From Lama guanicoe (taxonomy: Eukaryota): a DNA stretch of 64,000 nt. The notes beneath the pieces were generated by a model. It was given only the letters and a program-made list of their open reading frames with translations, was not told where the DNA came from and did not search any database. The stretch covers positions 2,055,793 to 2,119,792 of the forward strand of contig MU053493.1 of NCBI GenBank assembly GCA_013239625.1, given 5' to 3'. The position numbers and the translations under genes are program-made. Positions 1 through 12,500 of this stretch are shown piece by piece; within the stretch, counting starts at the first letter, position 1; every line of letters begins with the position of its first letter.

Positions 1-469
1 ACCGCAACGTCACCAGGTTCCTCTCTCTCCCCATGAGTGTGTGCTCAGCCGCCCTCTAGGGTCCTTGTTTGCTCTCTGTCTCCCCCACAGACAGACAGCG
101 AGTTCCCAGCACACGGGCATTATTCCCGTGGGGGGGGGGGCGCTCACAAGGGAGCTGGCTCAGGGCACATCCTGCTGCAGCCTGAGAGCTGCGAGCCGGC
201 GCCCGGGGACGGGGCCACGACAGATCAGTCAGAACCTCAGGGGCCTGCTCAGGCTACTCCAAGATGCTCAGTGGGGAGGTCTAGAGGCAGTCTGTTTTCC
301 TTTTCTTTTCAGGGATTTTAAACCGCATTGACTGTGATTTTTTTCTGATTACAGGAATCATACGAAACATTTTGAAATACCGAATAAAATAACAACAAAA
401 ATCACCTTTCAGTTACCCCTCTATCCTGAGATAACCAACAGTTAACATTTGGGGATATTCAAATTGATT

Positions 470-1735
470 TTAAAACGGGATCATACAGTTTTTAAGTCTG
501 AGCTTTGTACTTAATATAGCACGAACTTCTCAGTTTATTTTCTGCTATGAAATATACATGAGAGAGTCATATACGTGTTCAGTTTAAATAAACACCGAGT
601 ATGTCCCACCCAACCTAGACACAGAACACTGCCAGGCCTTTAGGGGCCTTTGTGCCCCTTGCTGAGCACACACCCACCAGCCCCTCCCCAAGAAGCGGCC
701 ACTATCCCGGGTTTTGTGCTAATCCTTCCCTTGCTGTGGTCTTGCCGCATATCCGCGTATCTCTAAGCAAGACAGGTGTTACTTTGACCAGTTTTTAAAC
801 TTTAAAAATAGAATCACACACTCTATTTGTATGGACCTCCCTTCTTTTGCTCTACACAGTATTTCCAAAGCTCAGTAACACCGGTGAAGAGCTGCGGTCC
901 ATCGCTCAGATCGCTGCACGGGGTGCTGTTCCGCCTCCCATTCTGCGGACGGACATGGCACTGTGTCCGGGCTCCGGCTCCCATCAACCACGTCGGCGTG
1001 AACGCCTCCCAGTGCACACAGGCACGTGTTTCCTAAGTGGCTAAACCCAGAGGCAGACTGCACTGTCCTATGGTACATGCACACATGACGTTACGAGGCA
1101 AGGCCAACTGCCTGCAAAATATTTGAACAAGTTATGCTCCCAACAAGGTGTGAGAGTTCAAATGGACCCACATTCTCACCGACTCTTGCTAATGTGGGAC
1201 TTCTACATTTCTGCACAAATAATGACCACTGATTGGGTGTCAGGCCTGTTATCCCATTTTCTGAAATGTCCATATTGTGAAACCACACACAAATGCACAG
1301 AACACACACATACAGTTCCCAGATTTATCACAAAGCCAGCGCCCAGGGGACCACGGCCAGGCCCCCAGGAGGCCTCTCATGCCCCTTCCCCCATCATTCC
1401 TCCCTCCCACTAGACCAAAAGTTCACCAACCTCCTCACTTTTTGATAATCACTTCCATGCTTTCAACTTTATACTTTGACCACTTACAATATAGTTTAGT
1501 TTTGCCTGGTCTTCTAACGTGATGTAAGTGGAATCAGGCAATATTTTTAACACCTGGCTTCTTTCATTTAAAATTATGAGACTCATCCATGCTACTGCAT
1601 CTAGGTGTCGGTGATTCATGTTCACTGCTGCATAATAATACATTACATTAATATGCCGCCATTTGTATACTTATTCTCTTGCTGATGGACATGTGGATTG
1701 TTGCCAATTTTTGGCAATTAAGAGCGAGGCTGCTC
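470..1735 (-). mobile_element. Old L1 (L1ME/L1MC-like) 3' fragments, repeated again at ~2642-3907
   Basis: Degenerate matches to antisense L1 3' motifs (gatggacat...ttgttgccaatttttggc; tgagagttc...ccacattctcacc). Confidence 0.55.
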
Positions 1736-2075
1736 ATCAGGGAAACGCAAATCAAAACCACAATGAGATGTCACCTCACACCTGTCAGGATGGCTGTCAT
1801 CAAAATGTGCACAAATAACAAATGTTGGTGAGGATGTGAAAAAAAGGGACCCCTCCCACACTGCTGGTAGAAATGCAAATTGGTGCAACCACTGTGGGAA
1901 ACACAGAGGTTTCTCAAAAATCTATAATAGAACTAACATATGACCCCCTCCCCAGCAATTCCATTGTTGGGTATATACCCAAAAAAACAAAAATGCTAAT
2001 TTGAAAACATACATGCACCCCAATGTTCACATCTGTATTGTTTACAATTGCCAAGACATGGCAGAGACCTAGGTT
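1735..2075 (+). mobile_element. L1 ORF2 3' fragment (second copy ~3907-4245)
   Basis: catcagggaaacgcaaatcaaaaccacaatgagatgtcacctcacacctgtcaggatggct is a classic L1 ORF2 C-terminal sequence. Confidence 0.85.
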
Positions 2076-4309
2076 GCTTTAGATAGCTAGCTAGCTAGCT
2101 AGCTAGCTAGCTATAGAGAGAGATACTATATATACAATACAATAAATACACATATTTATTCACTTCAGTAGGTCTAGTTAACATCTGTCACCATAGTTAT
2201 AAATTTTGTGTGTGTGATGAGAACTTAAGACTTACTCTCTTAGCAACTTTAAATATGCAATACAATATTATTAACTATAGTCACCACACTTTACATTACA
2301 TCCCCATGACTTATTTATTGTATATAACTGGAAGTTTGTATCTTTTGAGACCTCTTCACCCATTCTACCTACCTTCTACTCCCTGCCTCTGGCAATTACC
2401 AATCTGTTCTCTGTATCTATGAACTTTTAAAATATATATTCCATACGTCAGTAAGATCATATGGTCTTTGTCTTTCTCTATCTGACTTACTTTACTTAGC
2501 ATAATAATGCTCTCAAGGTGGTTCCGTGTTGTCACAAATGGTAAGATTTCCTTCTTTTTTATGGCCGAGTAATATTCCATTGTATATATATGCCACATTT
2601 TCTTTACCCATTCATCCACTGATGGACATTTAAAATTGATTTTAAAACGGGATCATACAGTTTTTAAGTCTGAGCTTTGTACTTAATATAGCACGAACTT
2701 CTCAGTTTATTTTCTGCTATGAAATATACATGAGAGAGTCATATACGTGTTCAGTTTAAATAAACACCGAGTATGTCCCACCCAACCTAGACACAGAACA
2801 CTGCCAGGCCTTTAGGGGCCTTTGTGCCCCTTGCTGAGCACACACCCACCAGCCCCTCCCCAAGAAGCGGCCACTATCCCGGGCTTTGTGCTAATCCTTC
2901 CCTTGCTGTGGTCTTGCCGCATATCCGCGTATCTCTAAGCAAGACAGGTGTTACTTTGACCAGTTTTTAAACTTTAAAAATAGAATCACACACTCTATTT
3001 GTATGGACCTCCCTTCTTTTGCTCTACACAGTATTTCCAAAGCTCAGTAACACCGGTGAAGAGCTGCGGTCCATCGCTCAGATCGCTGCACGGGGTGCTG
3101 TTCCGCCTCCCATTCTGCGGACGGACATGGCACTGTGTCCGGGCTCCGGCTCCCATCAACCACGTCGGCGTGAACGCCTCCCAGTGCACACAGGCACGTG
3201 TTTCCTAAGTGGCTAAACCCAGAGGCAGACTGCACTGTCCTATGGTACATGCACACATGACGTTACGAGGCAAGGCCAACTGCCTGCAAAATATTTGAAC
3301 AAGTTATGCTCCCAACAAGGTGTGAGAGTTCAAATGGACCCACATTCTCACCGACTCTTGCTAATGTGGGACTTCTACATTTCTGCACAAATAATGACCA
3401 CTGATTGGGTGTCAGGCCTGTTATCCCATTTTCTGAAATGTCCATATTGTGAAACCACACACAAATGCACAGAACACACACATACAGTTCCCAGATTTAT
3501 CACAAAGCCAGCGCCCAGGGGACCACGGCCAGGCCCCCAGGAGGCCTCTCATGCCCCTTCCCCCATCATTCCTCCCTCCCACTAGACCAAAAGTTCACCA
3601 ACCTCCTCACTTTTTGATAATCACTTCCATGCTTTCAACTTTATACTTTGACCACTTACAATATAGTTTAGTTTTGCCTGGTCTTCTAACGTGATGTAAG
3701 TGGAATCAGGCAATATTTTTAACACCTGGCTTCTTTCATTTAAAATTATGAGACTCATCCATGCTACTGCATCTAGGTGTCGGTGATTCATGTTCACTGC
3801 TGCATAATAATACATTACATTAATATGCCGCCATTTGTATACTTATTCTCTTGCTGATGGACATGTGGATTGTTGCCAATTTTTGGCAATTAAGAGCGAG
3901 GCTGCTCATCAGGGAAACGCAAATCAAAACCACAATGAGATGTCACCTCACACCTGTCAGGATGGCTGTCATCAAAATGTGCACAAATAACAAATGTTGG
4001 TAAGGATGTGAAAAAAAGGGACCCCTCCCGCACTGCTGGTAGAAATGCAAATTGGTGCAACCACTGTGGGAAACACAGAGGTTTCTCAAAAATCTATAAT
4101 AGAACTAACATATGACCCCCTCCCCAGCAATTCCATTGTTGGGTATATACCCAAAAAAACAAAAATGCTAATTTGAAAACATAATACATGCACTGTTCAC
4201 ATCTGTATTGTTTACAATTGCCAAGACATGGCAGAGACCTAGGTTGCTTTAGATAGCTAGCTAGCTAGCTAGCTAGCTAGCTATAGAGAGAGATACTATA
4301 TATACAATA

Positions 4310-5795
4310 CAATAAATACACATATTTATTCACTTCAGTAGGTCTAGTTAACATCTGTCACCATAGTTATAAATTTTGTGTGTGTGATGAGAACTTAAGA
4401 CTTACTCTCTTAGCAACTTTAAATATGCAATACAATATTATTAACTATAGTCACCACACTTTACATTACATCCCCATGACTTATTTATTGTATATAACTG
4501 GAAGTTTGTATCTTTTGAGACCTCTTCACCCATTCTACCTACCTTCTACTCCCTGCCTCTGGCAATTACCAATCTGTTCTCTGTATCTATGAACTTTTAA
4601 AATATATATTCCATATGTCAGTAAGATCATATGGTCTTTGTCTTTCTCTATCTGACTTACTTTACTTAGCATAATAATGCTCTCAAGGTGGTTCCGTGTT
4701 GTCACAAATGGTAAGATTTCCTTCTTTTTTATGGCCGAGTAATATTCCATTGTATATATATGCCACATTTTCTTTACCCATTCATCCACTGATGGACATT
4801 TAAGTTGTTTCCATGTCTTGGCTATTTTAAATAGTACTTCAGTGAACATGGCGGGGTGCATCTATCTTTTTAAGATAGTGCTTTTGTTTTCTTCAGATAA
4901 ATATCTAAATATGGAATTGCTGAATCATATAGTAGTTCTATTTTTAATTTTTTGAGGAAGCTCCACACTGTATTCCACAGTGGCCGCACCAATTTATACT
5001 CCCACCAACTGTGCACAAGTGGGCCTTTTTCTCTGTATCCTCATCAATACTTTTATTTCTTGTCTTTTTGATAATAGCTATTCTAACAGGCATGAGGTGA
5101 TATCTCATTGTGGTTTTGACTTGCATTTCCCTGATGATTAGTGATCTTAAGCATCTTTTCATGTACCTGTTGGTCATCTGAATGTCTTCTTTGGAGAAAT
5201 GTTCTTTCAGATCTTCTGGCTAATTTTTTAGTCATACTGTTGGTTTGTTTTTCTATTGACTTGTAAGAGTTCTTTATATATTTTGGATATTAACCCCTTA
5301 TCAGATATATGATTTGCAAATATTTTCTCCCATTCAGCAGGTTCCTTTTCATTTTGTTGACAGTTTCCTCTGTTTCCCAGAAGCTTTTCAGTTTGATGTA
5401 GTCCCACTTGTTTATTTTTGCTTTTATTGCTTTTGCTTTTGGTGTCAGATCAAAAAAAAAATCATTGCCAAGACTCATGTCAAGCAGCTCTCTGTCTGTG
5501 TTTTCTTCTAGGAGCTTTGTGGTTTCTGGTCTTACACTCAAGTCTGAATCCATTTGGAGTTAGTTTTTGTGTAAGGTGTAAGACAGTGGTCCAGTTTTCC
5601 CAACACAGTATTGCAGAAACTGTGCTTTACCCCACTGTTTATTCTTGGCTCCTTTGTTGTAAGTCAACTGACCACATTTTGCGTGGGTTTATTTCTGGGC
5701 TCTCTGTTCTGTTCTATTGACCTATGTGTCTGTTTTTATGCCAGTACCATATTAGTTTGATTACTACAGCTTTGTGGTATAGCTTGAAATCAGGG
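4310..5795 (-). mobile_element. L1 (L1MA-like) 3'UTR plus ORF2 C-terminus; truncated duplicate at ~2140-2632
   Basis: Minus-strand ORF fragments [31 protein letters not shown] and KAKINKWDYIKLKSF are L1 ORF2 peptides. Confidence 0.9.
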
Positions 5796-5809
5796 ACAGC
5801 CCTGCCTTT

Positions 5810-8800
5810 TTAATCCTGTCTTTCTGTAATTCCCATGACATGAAATGTCAGCCCACAAGTCACTGAGACTCTGCTGGGTTTTGTTTTTAGTCAGTTTTCC
5901 CTCTGTTGTTCATTGTGGGTACCTTCTATGGTTCTGTCTTCCTATTCACTAATTCCTTTTTCTGCCTCTTTCATTCTGCCATTGAGTCGGATTCACTCAG
6001 TTTTTTTTATTTCAGTTAACTGTGTTTTTGAGTTCTAGAATCTCCATTTGGTTCTTTTTTTATATTTTATATTTTATATTTCTTTGATGAGGCTTTTTAT
6101 TTATTCCTTTCTTTCAGAAGTGTTTAATATATGCTCACTGAAGCATTTTTATCATGGATTGTAAATGATGAATATGTGAAAGTCAAAATAATGAAACCGT
6201 GAGAGAATAATACAGGAGACTATCTTCATATCACTGGGGACAGGAAAACACTTCTTAAACTAGGCTCAAAATGTGTTAAGAATAAACAGATAACTAATGT
6301 GTTTGACTATTTGAAATTAAAAACTTTTTTTCATCAAACACCACCCACAGGAGAGTAAAAATTGATTTTGCATCACATGTGACAGATGACTCATATCCAA
6401 AACAAACAAAAAGCCCTCTCTTAAATGTTAAGAAAAAGACAAACAACCCAACATGAAACATGTGGCACTGAACCCCACCACAACAGCACTCTACGAAACA
6501 TAAATCAAAATTAAAGTGAGATGCCATTACATCCCCATCAGAATGGCTAAGACTGAAAAATAATGACAATAGACAATGCCAAGTGATGATAAGAATGTGA
6601 GGCAACAGGAGCACAGATACTCTGATGGTGGTGTGAATTGGGACAGCAACTTTGGAGAACAGCTTGGCATTATCTCCTTAAGTTAAAGACTGCTACCCAA
6701 CCTAATATGATACCCATAAGAATATTTCAATTCTAGGAATATACCCAACAGAAATGCGTACAATGATAACAAAAACCATGCACTAGAAAGTTCACAGCAA
6801 CATTACTCAAAACAGCCTCACACAAAAGAGCTCAATGTCCATCAAAAGTAGAATAGATGAATGAATGGTTTTACATTCATACATGCAATATTATACAGCA
6901 ATGAACATGAATGAGTTACAGCTACATACAGCAGGAGTACACTGCACATCATAATGCTGAGCACAGGAAGCTACACATAAAAGCAATATTTCTATTTAAA
7001 TGAAGTTCAAGAAACCAGACAAAATTAAACTATAGTGTTCAGAAGTGCATGCACGGTTGATACAATTATAAAAAAGATTAAAGATGTGAATATCACAAGG
7101 ATGAATATCCCAAGGTGATTACCTGCAGTGGGAATGGAGAGGCAGTGGATTGGGAGCACGTAAGGGGGGCCTTGGGATGCTGGGGATGTGATGTTAATTT
7201 CTAGGCTTTGCTGGAGGGCACACAGCTGTTTGACTCATGATAAATTGCCCAGCTATATACTTCTGCTTTGTGCACTTCCCTGTATGTGTTTTATTCTTCT
7301 CAATGAAAAAGGTTCAAAACAGATGAGCTTCCTGGAAAGTAAATGAAATGTAGAACTTAGGAAGAGAAAGAAAACAAATGAGCTGAGAATAGGAAAAAAA
7401 GAAATTTAACACACATAAAAAGTGAAATTAATGAAATAGAAATAAAGATGTTAAGATGAATAAAGCCTAATGATGATTCTTGAACAGACCAAAAAAAATA
7501 CTGCAAATTCCCTGGTAGGACTGATTTTTTTTTTAAAGAAAGCCAAAGCAAACAACATTAGGAATGAGACAGGAGATTCAACACGGATGTAGTAGAGATG
7601 AAAAGAATATGGGCTGCTCTACAGCCATAAATGTGAAAATCTAGAGGACGTGGATAATTTCCTAGCAAGATATAAACTATTATACTGAGCCTGTAACATG
7701 CAGTAAACCTAAAGGCCAATAACCATAAAGGAGACTGGGAAGTCCAAAATGGTATTTCAGGCTGAATTCACTCTGACCTTTAATGAAAAGATAATTCCTA
7801 TGTTTTAAAACAATTTCAGGCCAAGAGCCAAAGAAGAAAACGCCAGTTGCCTTTATAAAGCTAGCATAACCTTACCAGCAGTTCTGAAAAAGGAAAACAG
7901 AAGCCCCTCCACCCTGCCAACAAACCAAAAGGGCAATTTTTTCTTTTAATAAAAAAAGCAAATATTCTAAGCAAAATACTGGCTAAAATGAATGCAATGC
8001 TATATCAAAGGAATTATATCCCATGGCTGTATTAAAAAGTACTCTTGAATGCAAACTCAAGTCAAAGTGCTTTAAAACAAGCAAGGGAATTTACAGATTT
8101 CATAAAACTAGAGTCCAGGGTTTGGAATTCAAGCATGGTGGGTGCCAGGTGCTCAGATGGTATCAGCGCTGTCTTTTTCAGTCTCTGGCTACCCTTTCCT
8201 TAGGGTTGGCTGTGCGCCCAGATGGTATCTCCTGAAAATATGTCCAGAACCTAGAAGTTTAGCAGCCTCAGTGGTAAATGTGTACATTCTGATGGCTACA
8301 GCCCCAGGCCTGGCTGGCCATGTAGCACAAGGGAGAAATAGAACTTAGCTCTATTAAACACTACACATTTACGTCTTTCCAAAACCCGGGTTATCCTGAA
8401 AACTACCCAAGGTTCATTTTAGAAAGAGAATTCTAGAACAGCGGTAACTTATCAAGAAAATGTGTTCTAGCAACAAATTAAATGAGAAAAGTCATATGCT
8501 CCTATAAACAGATATAAAACCACTGCATAAAATTTCACAGGCACTCATAAAAACCATAAGTCAATTAAGACTAGGAGAAATCCACATAAATCTGATAAGA
8601 TTTTTAGCAGGCAAATACCTAAAGCAAATATCATTTTAACTGGAGCAATACTGAAGGCAATTCCACCAAGATCAGGAATGAGACAGAGTTACCCACCAGC
8701 ATGCCCACAAGTCTACACTGTTTTAGGAGCACTAGTTAATTTAATAAGATAAGAAAATACTGTAAGCTGTGTGAATATTGGAGAAGATAGAATTGTCTTT

Positions 8801-9300
8801 CTTTTCAAATATGATTGAATATCTAAAAAAATCAAAAAGACCATACTAAAACAACTGGAATTAAGAGAACTTGTTACACTGGCTATAACAAATATGATAC
8901 TAGTAATAACCAATTAAAAATAAAAATGGCAGGGGGTGGAGGGATAAATTGGGAGTTTGAGACTTGCAGATACACACTACTATATGTAAAACAGATAAAA
9001 CAACGAAGTCCTACTGTAGAGCAAAGGGAACTATATTCAATATCTTGTAATAACCTGTAATGAAAAATTATGAAGAGGAATATATATATATATGTATGTA
9101 CAACTGAATCACTATGCTGTACACCAGAAATTAACACAACATAGTAAACCAACTATATATACTTCAGTAAAAAAATAAAATAAAAATGGTAAAAAAATCT
9201 TCTATTCAAAGAAACAGCAACAAATATAAAATACCTGGAAATAAGTTAAACTCAAAAATTAAATGACCTATGTGAAGCTAGGCATAAAATGCTATTAAAT
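5810..9300. mobile_element. Mosaic of ancient L1 fragments (mostly + strand) with an inserted MaLR-like piece near 8030-8340
   Basis: A-rich degenerate ORF2/3'UTR motifs (atgtccatcaaaagtagaatagatgaat; aagatcaggaatgagaca). Confidence 0.55.
8930..9180 (+). mobile_element. Young artiodactyl-type L1 3' end with TSD aaaataaaaatgg
   Basis: gggataaattgggagtttgag...cagggaactatattcaatatcttgtaataacc-type 3'UTR, A-rich tail and flanking direct repeat. Confidence 0.85.
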
Positions 9301-10759
9301 GGCAAAAACTCTGGTGCAGTAGATGTGAGTCATTGTACCTGGCCACCCACAGCCCGAGCCCCCTCCTCAGTTTGCAGCATCTCTTCCTGAGAAGTCTCCC
9401 ACTTTTGCCAGAAGTGCTTCCCCAGCCAGCCCTGGTTTAGAGTTTCATCAAGCCCTAAAAAGAAGCCATGAGGCAGGTACCAAAGGCTTGTCTTCCTCCC
9501 TCGTCCCCATAGAACTGTTTGTACACAGGAGCCAAGCTCCCCCCGGCAGTTGGCACCAGGGCACAGCCACGAAGCAGGGCGCCCCACCCTGGGCTCCAGT
9601 GAGTCCCTGTGCTCTTATCAACTGGACAAAATCCGCCCCTCCCCATCCAGTCCGTTCTCCCACATCTCAGAAACACGCAAGGAATTATTTCCTATGATCA
9701 CACCCCTGCTTTGGCACTGAAGACTGAAGCAGCCAACGTCAAGGACAAGACAGCCTCTTGGGGGAAGGGAGGGGGCAGGGCTCGGCTGGAAAGCACAGTT
9801 TATCACACCAAGCAACCCTCTGGTGACCCCAGGGAATAGACATCAAAATAAATCTCTTCCTTCGGTTATTTCACTGAGTTTGTGATTCATTCTAAGAAAA
9901 ATTCTGGAAGCCTCCTGATTAGTTCCCTAACCTTGACATCTGAGTGCGTGGATGCTGACAGATTTATTTCAGGGCTGCCCCTCCGTGTCCGGGTCACTGG
10001 GAACCACACAGCAGGGCTTTGCAAATGAAGCCATGGTAATTTTTCATGAATCTCTCCAGAGCATTTAAAAGCCAGCCTGCCCCCCTTATTGATGGTCCAT
10101 CAGCCCATCTGGATGTAGAAAGGGCTTGTACTACAGAAAGAGAGGGATGCCCCCTAGACTCTCTTACAGAAGCCCACCTGAGACGGGTATGTGACCTTCA
10201 GATACCCCAAAAGGGAGGCAGCGGGAGGCTGAACCTGGAGGCCTCACGGTTAGAGCCTGGAGGGAGGAGGGGCAGTCTGTCCCGGAGGGTCTTTGAACCT
10301 GTGGGGCACAGAGTCAGGCTCACTCCAGGTCCCACCTGCTACACAGTGACCCCGGCCAGGCCACAGGGCTTCTCTGAGCTCTGGAGTCCTGAGGTCACTG
10401 CGAACATCAGACAAGGTTATACAGCTAAAGGTGCAAAGTGCAAATGTGCAAACGTTGTTAGTTGTTGGGGTTATTGTTTTTATTATGAGCATTGGAAAAG
10501 AGGTTTGTAAAAACTCACCTCCGTTTCTGAGTACTAAGAGCTGACCACTTCCATAGACACTTGTCGTCTGTCTGTTGACAATTGCCTACTCCAATAACTT
10601 GGCTCCTCCAGGCCTGGCCGTGTTAACTGAGTGACCCACTGATGGCAGTGCAGGGCGCCCAAAGCTTGGACCCTAAAGATGCAGGACTAGTTACCTTTGT
10701 GCAGGGGGACACTCAAGACCCTGAGTGACACTGGTAAGGCCCTAGAAACTCCAGTCATC

Positions 10760-11107
10760 ATATGACAGCATGACTAACCCTGAAAGCATTACCCTGTGTG
10801 GAGTCAGACACAAAATCCACATAGTACAGGACTCCATTCCTGTGAAATTTCCAGGACAGGAAAATCTGTGGAGACAGAGGGAGATTAGTAGTTGTCTGGG
10901 GCTGAGGGAGGAGGGGGGAACAGGGGCATTGGGGGTGACAGCTAAAGGGTCCAGGGTTTTTTTTTTTGAGGTGATGAAAATGTTCTAAAAGTGACCGCAT
11001 TGATGGCGGCACAGAATGGGGAATATACTAACAACTGCTGAACTGCACACTTTAAACGAGTGAAGAGTATGCAATATGAATTATATCTCAATAAAGGTGT
11101 TAAAAAC
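10760..11107 (+). mobile_element. L1MB-like 3' end
   Basis: gtgatgaaaatgttctaaaa...tgaattatatctcaataaag is a typical L1MB terminus. Confidence 0.8.
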
Positions 11108-11468
11108 ACAATCACCGCCACATTGTGATTATGACTGATTTAGCTGTAAGGATTTTCATCTCATCAATATCCTGCCAAAACATCTCATGTTCATTCATGC
11201 GCCAGACATACAAAGTCTGAGACCAAAAGCTCTACTTCTGCACCCGTCTCCCCTTGTGGCCTTGCTGGGAACTCAGCCTTACGGGGCCCCTGGGCCAGAT
11301 GACAGCAGGCCATCCCCTTCCCGTACATCTTACTCCATCTGCCATGACGGCTCCAGCACTGCATCCCTTCCCAGGTGCTTCTTGACTCTGGAGGCGCCAG
11401 GCACTGGGGCGCCTGTTCCTGCCCAGAGAGGTGGTGGGGGCCTCCTCAGATCTGGGGATGCATCCGGC

Positions 11469-11893
11469 TGAGACAGGAGGGGAGGGAGTAGGGCACAACC
11501 ACTGAAGGGATGACAGCAGTTGAGGACAGGACAAACTGGTTATAACCAAGATGGCGGGAGATTTGAGTGGACCTTGAGCCTCATGGCACACTCACAGGCG
11601 CCATGACAGTTCTGAGGCTGACCACAAAAGGTCCAAAAGTGGGAGGGGGCCCAATTCCCGGGAATCCTGCCCTTTCCCCCAAATAGCTGGAATAGTGCTC
11701 CTACTCATTAGCATATGAAATTGCTGAGCCCATAGAAACCCACCACCCACACCTCGTGTTGTGTCGCGCTCTCTCTTGCCTTCTGAGATGGCCCTCACTC
11801 TGACTATGGAGTGTGGCTCTCTCTAAATAAACCTGCTTTCACTTTATCATGCCCTGCTCTCGAATTCCTTCCTACCCCTATTCTCCAGCAACA
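11469..11893 (+). mobile_element. ERV1-type solo LTR, MER41-like
   Basis: TG...CA ends, AATAAA near 11826, motifs ccatgacagtt, attagcat and ctatggagt typical of MER41-like LTRs; clear paralogue at 57221-58978. Confidence 0.75.
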
Positions 11894-12299
11894 CAGTCAG
11901 GCACTGGGGTTACCCCCCGCTTCCCTGCCAAGCCAGGGACAGGGCCCCACGTGCCAGCCCCTCCTGGCCTGACTCCCCACGGCCTCACCAGGGGCCTGCG
12001 AGCCCCAGAAGGAATGTTTCAGGTGGGCTGACCCTCGATGGAAGCAGGGAGGCCTGGCCTTCCAACTATGTGGCTCTTTCCCCTGAAAATACATAAATAC
12101 CGAAATCTCAGCAGTATTGTTTCCAAGTGAAATGTGATCAGGCATATCGCAGTGTGTAAGTGTGAGATGTCCAACATCCCAGCTGGTTTTTGGTATACCC
12201 ACGGCTCTCTGCCTCAGCCGGCCACTCACACATATGCTGATACACATGCGTGTATATTTACAAAGTACTAGAAGCTCACGTAGAATCACTGAGTTGTGA

Positions 12300-12500
12300 T
12301 TAGTGCTGCTGTGACATGACACTCACTGAGCTTAGTGTGAGCCGGGCACTGTGTTAACAGCTTCCCATTCTTTAGTTTCACAAACGAGGAAACAGGCTCA
12401 GAGAGGTTAAGTGACTTGCCCGAGGTCACAGAGCTGGTCAGCGTCAGAACCAGGACTGAATCTAGAACTTGTAAGTCCACATCACCTGCGTTTCAGACAC
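12300..12500 (-). mobile_element. MIR SINE
   Basis: MIR core gaggaaacaggctcagagaggttaagtgacttgcccgaggtcacagagctgg. Confidence 0.85.

Larger units (their letters stand above)
461..4803. repeat. Tandem duplication of a ~2.17-kb unit (copy 1 461-2632, copy 2 2633-4803)
   Basis: The sequence repeats at offset 2172 (2170 after an internal indel); the ORF track repeats identically (823 vs 2995, 1123 vs 3295). Only four substitutions and one compound indel were seen by eye. Confidence 0.97.

Noticed and set aside
45..64. CTCF-like motif ACCCTAGAGGGCGG on the minus strand
   Set aside because: Two mismatches in the 5' core; too weak to call from sequence alone.
823..4592. Duplicated short ORFs as a gene pair
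   Set aside because: They are by-products of the tandem duplication over repeat-derived DNA and resemble no known protein.
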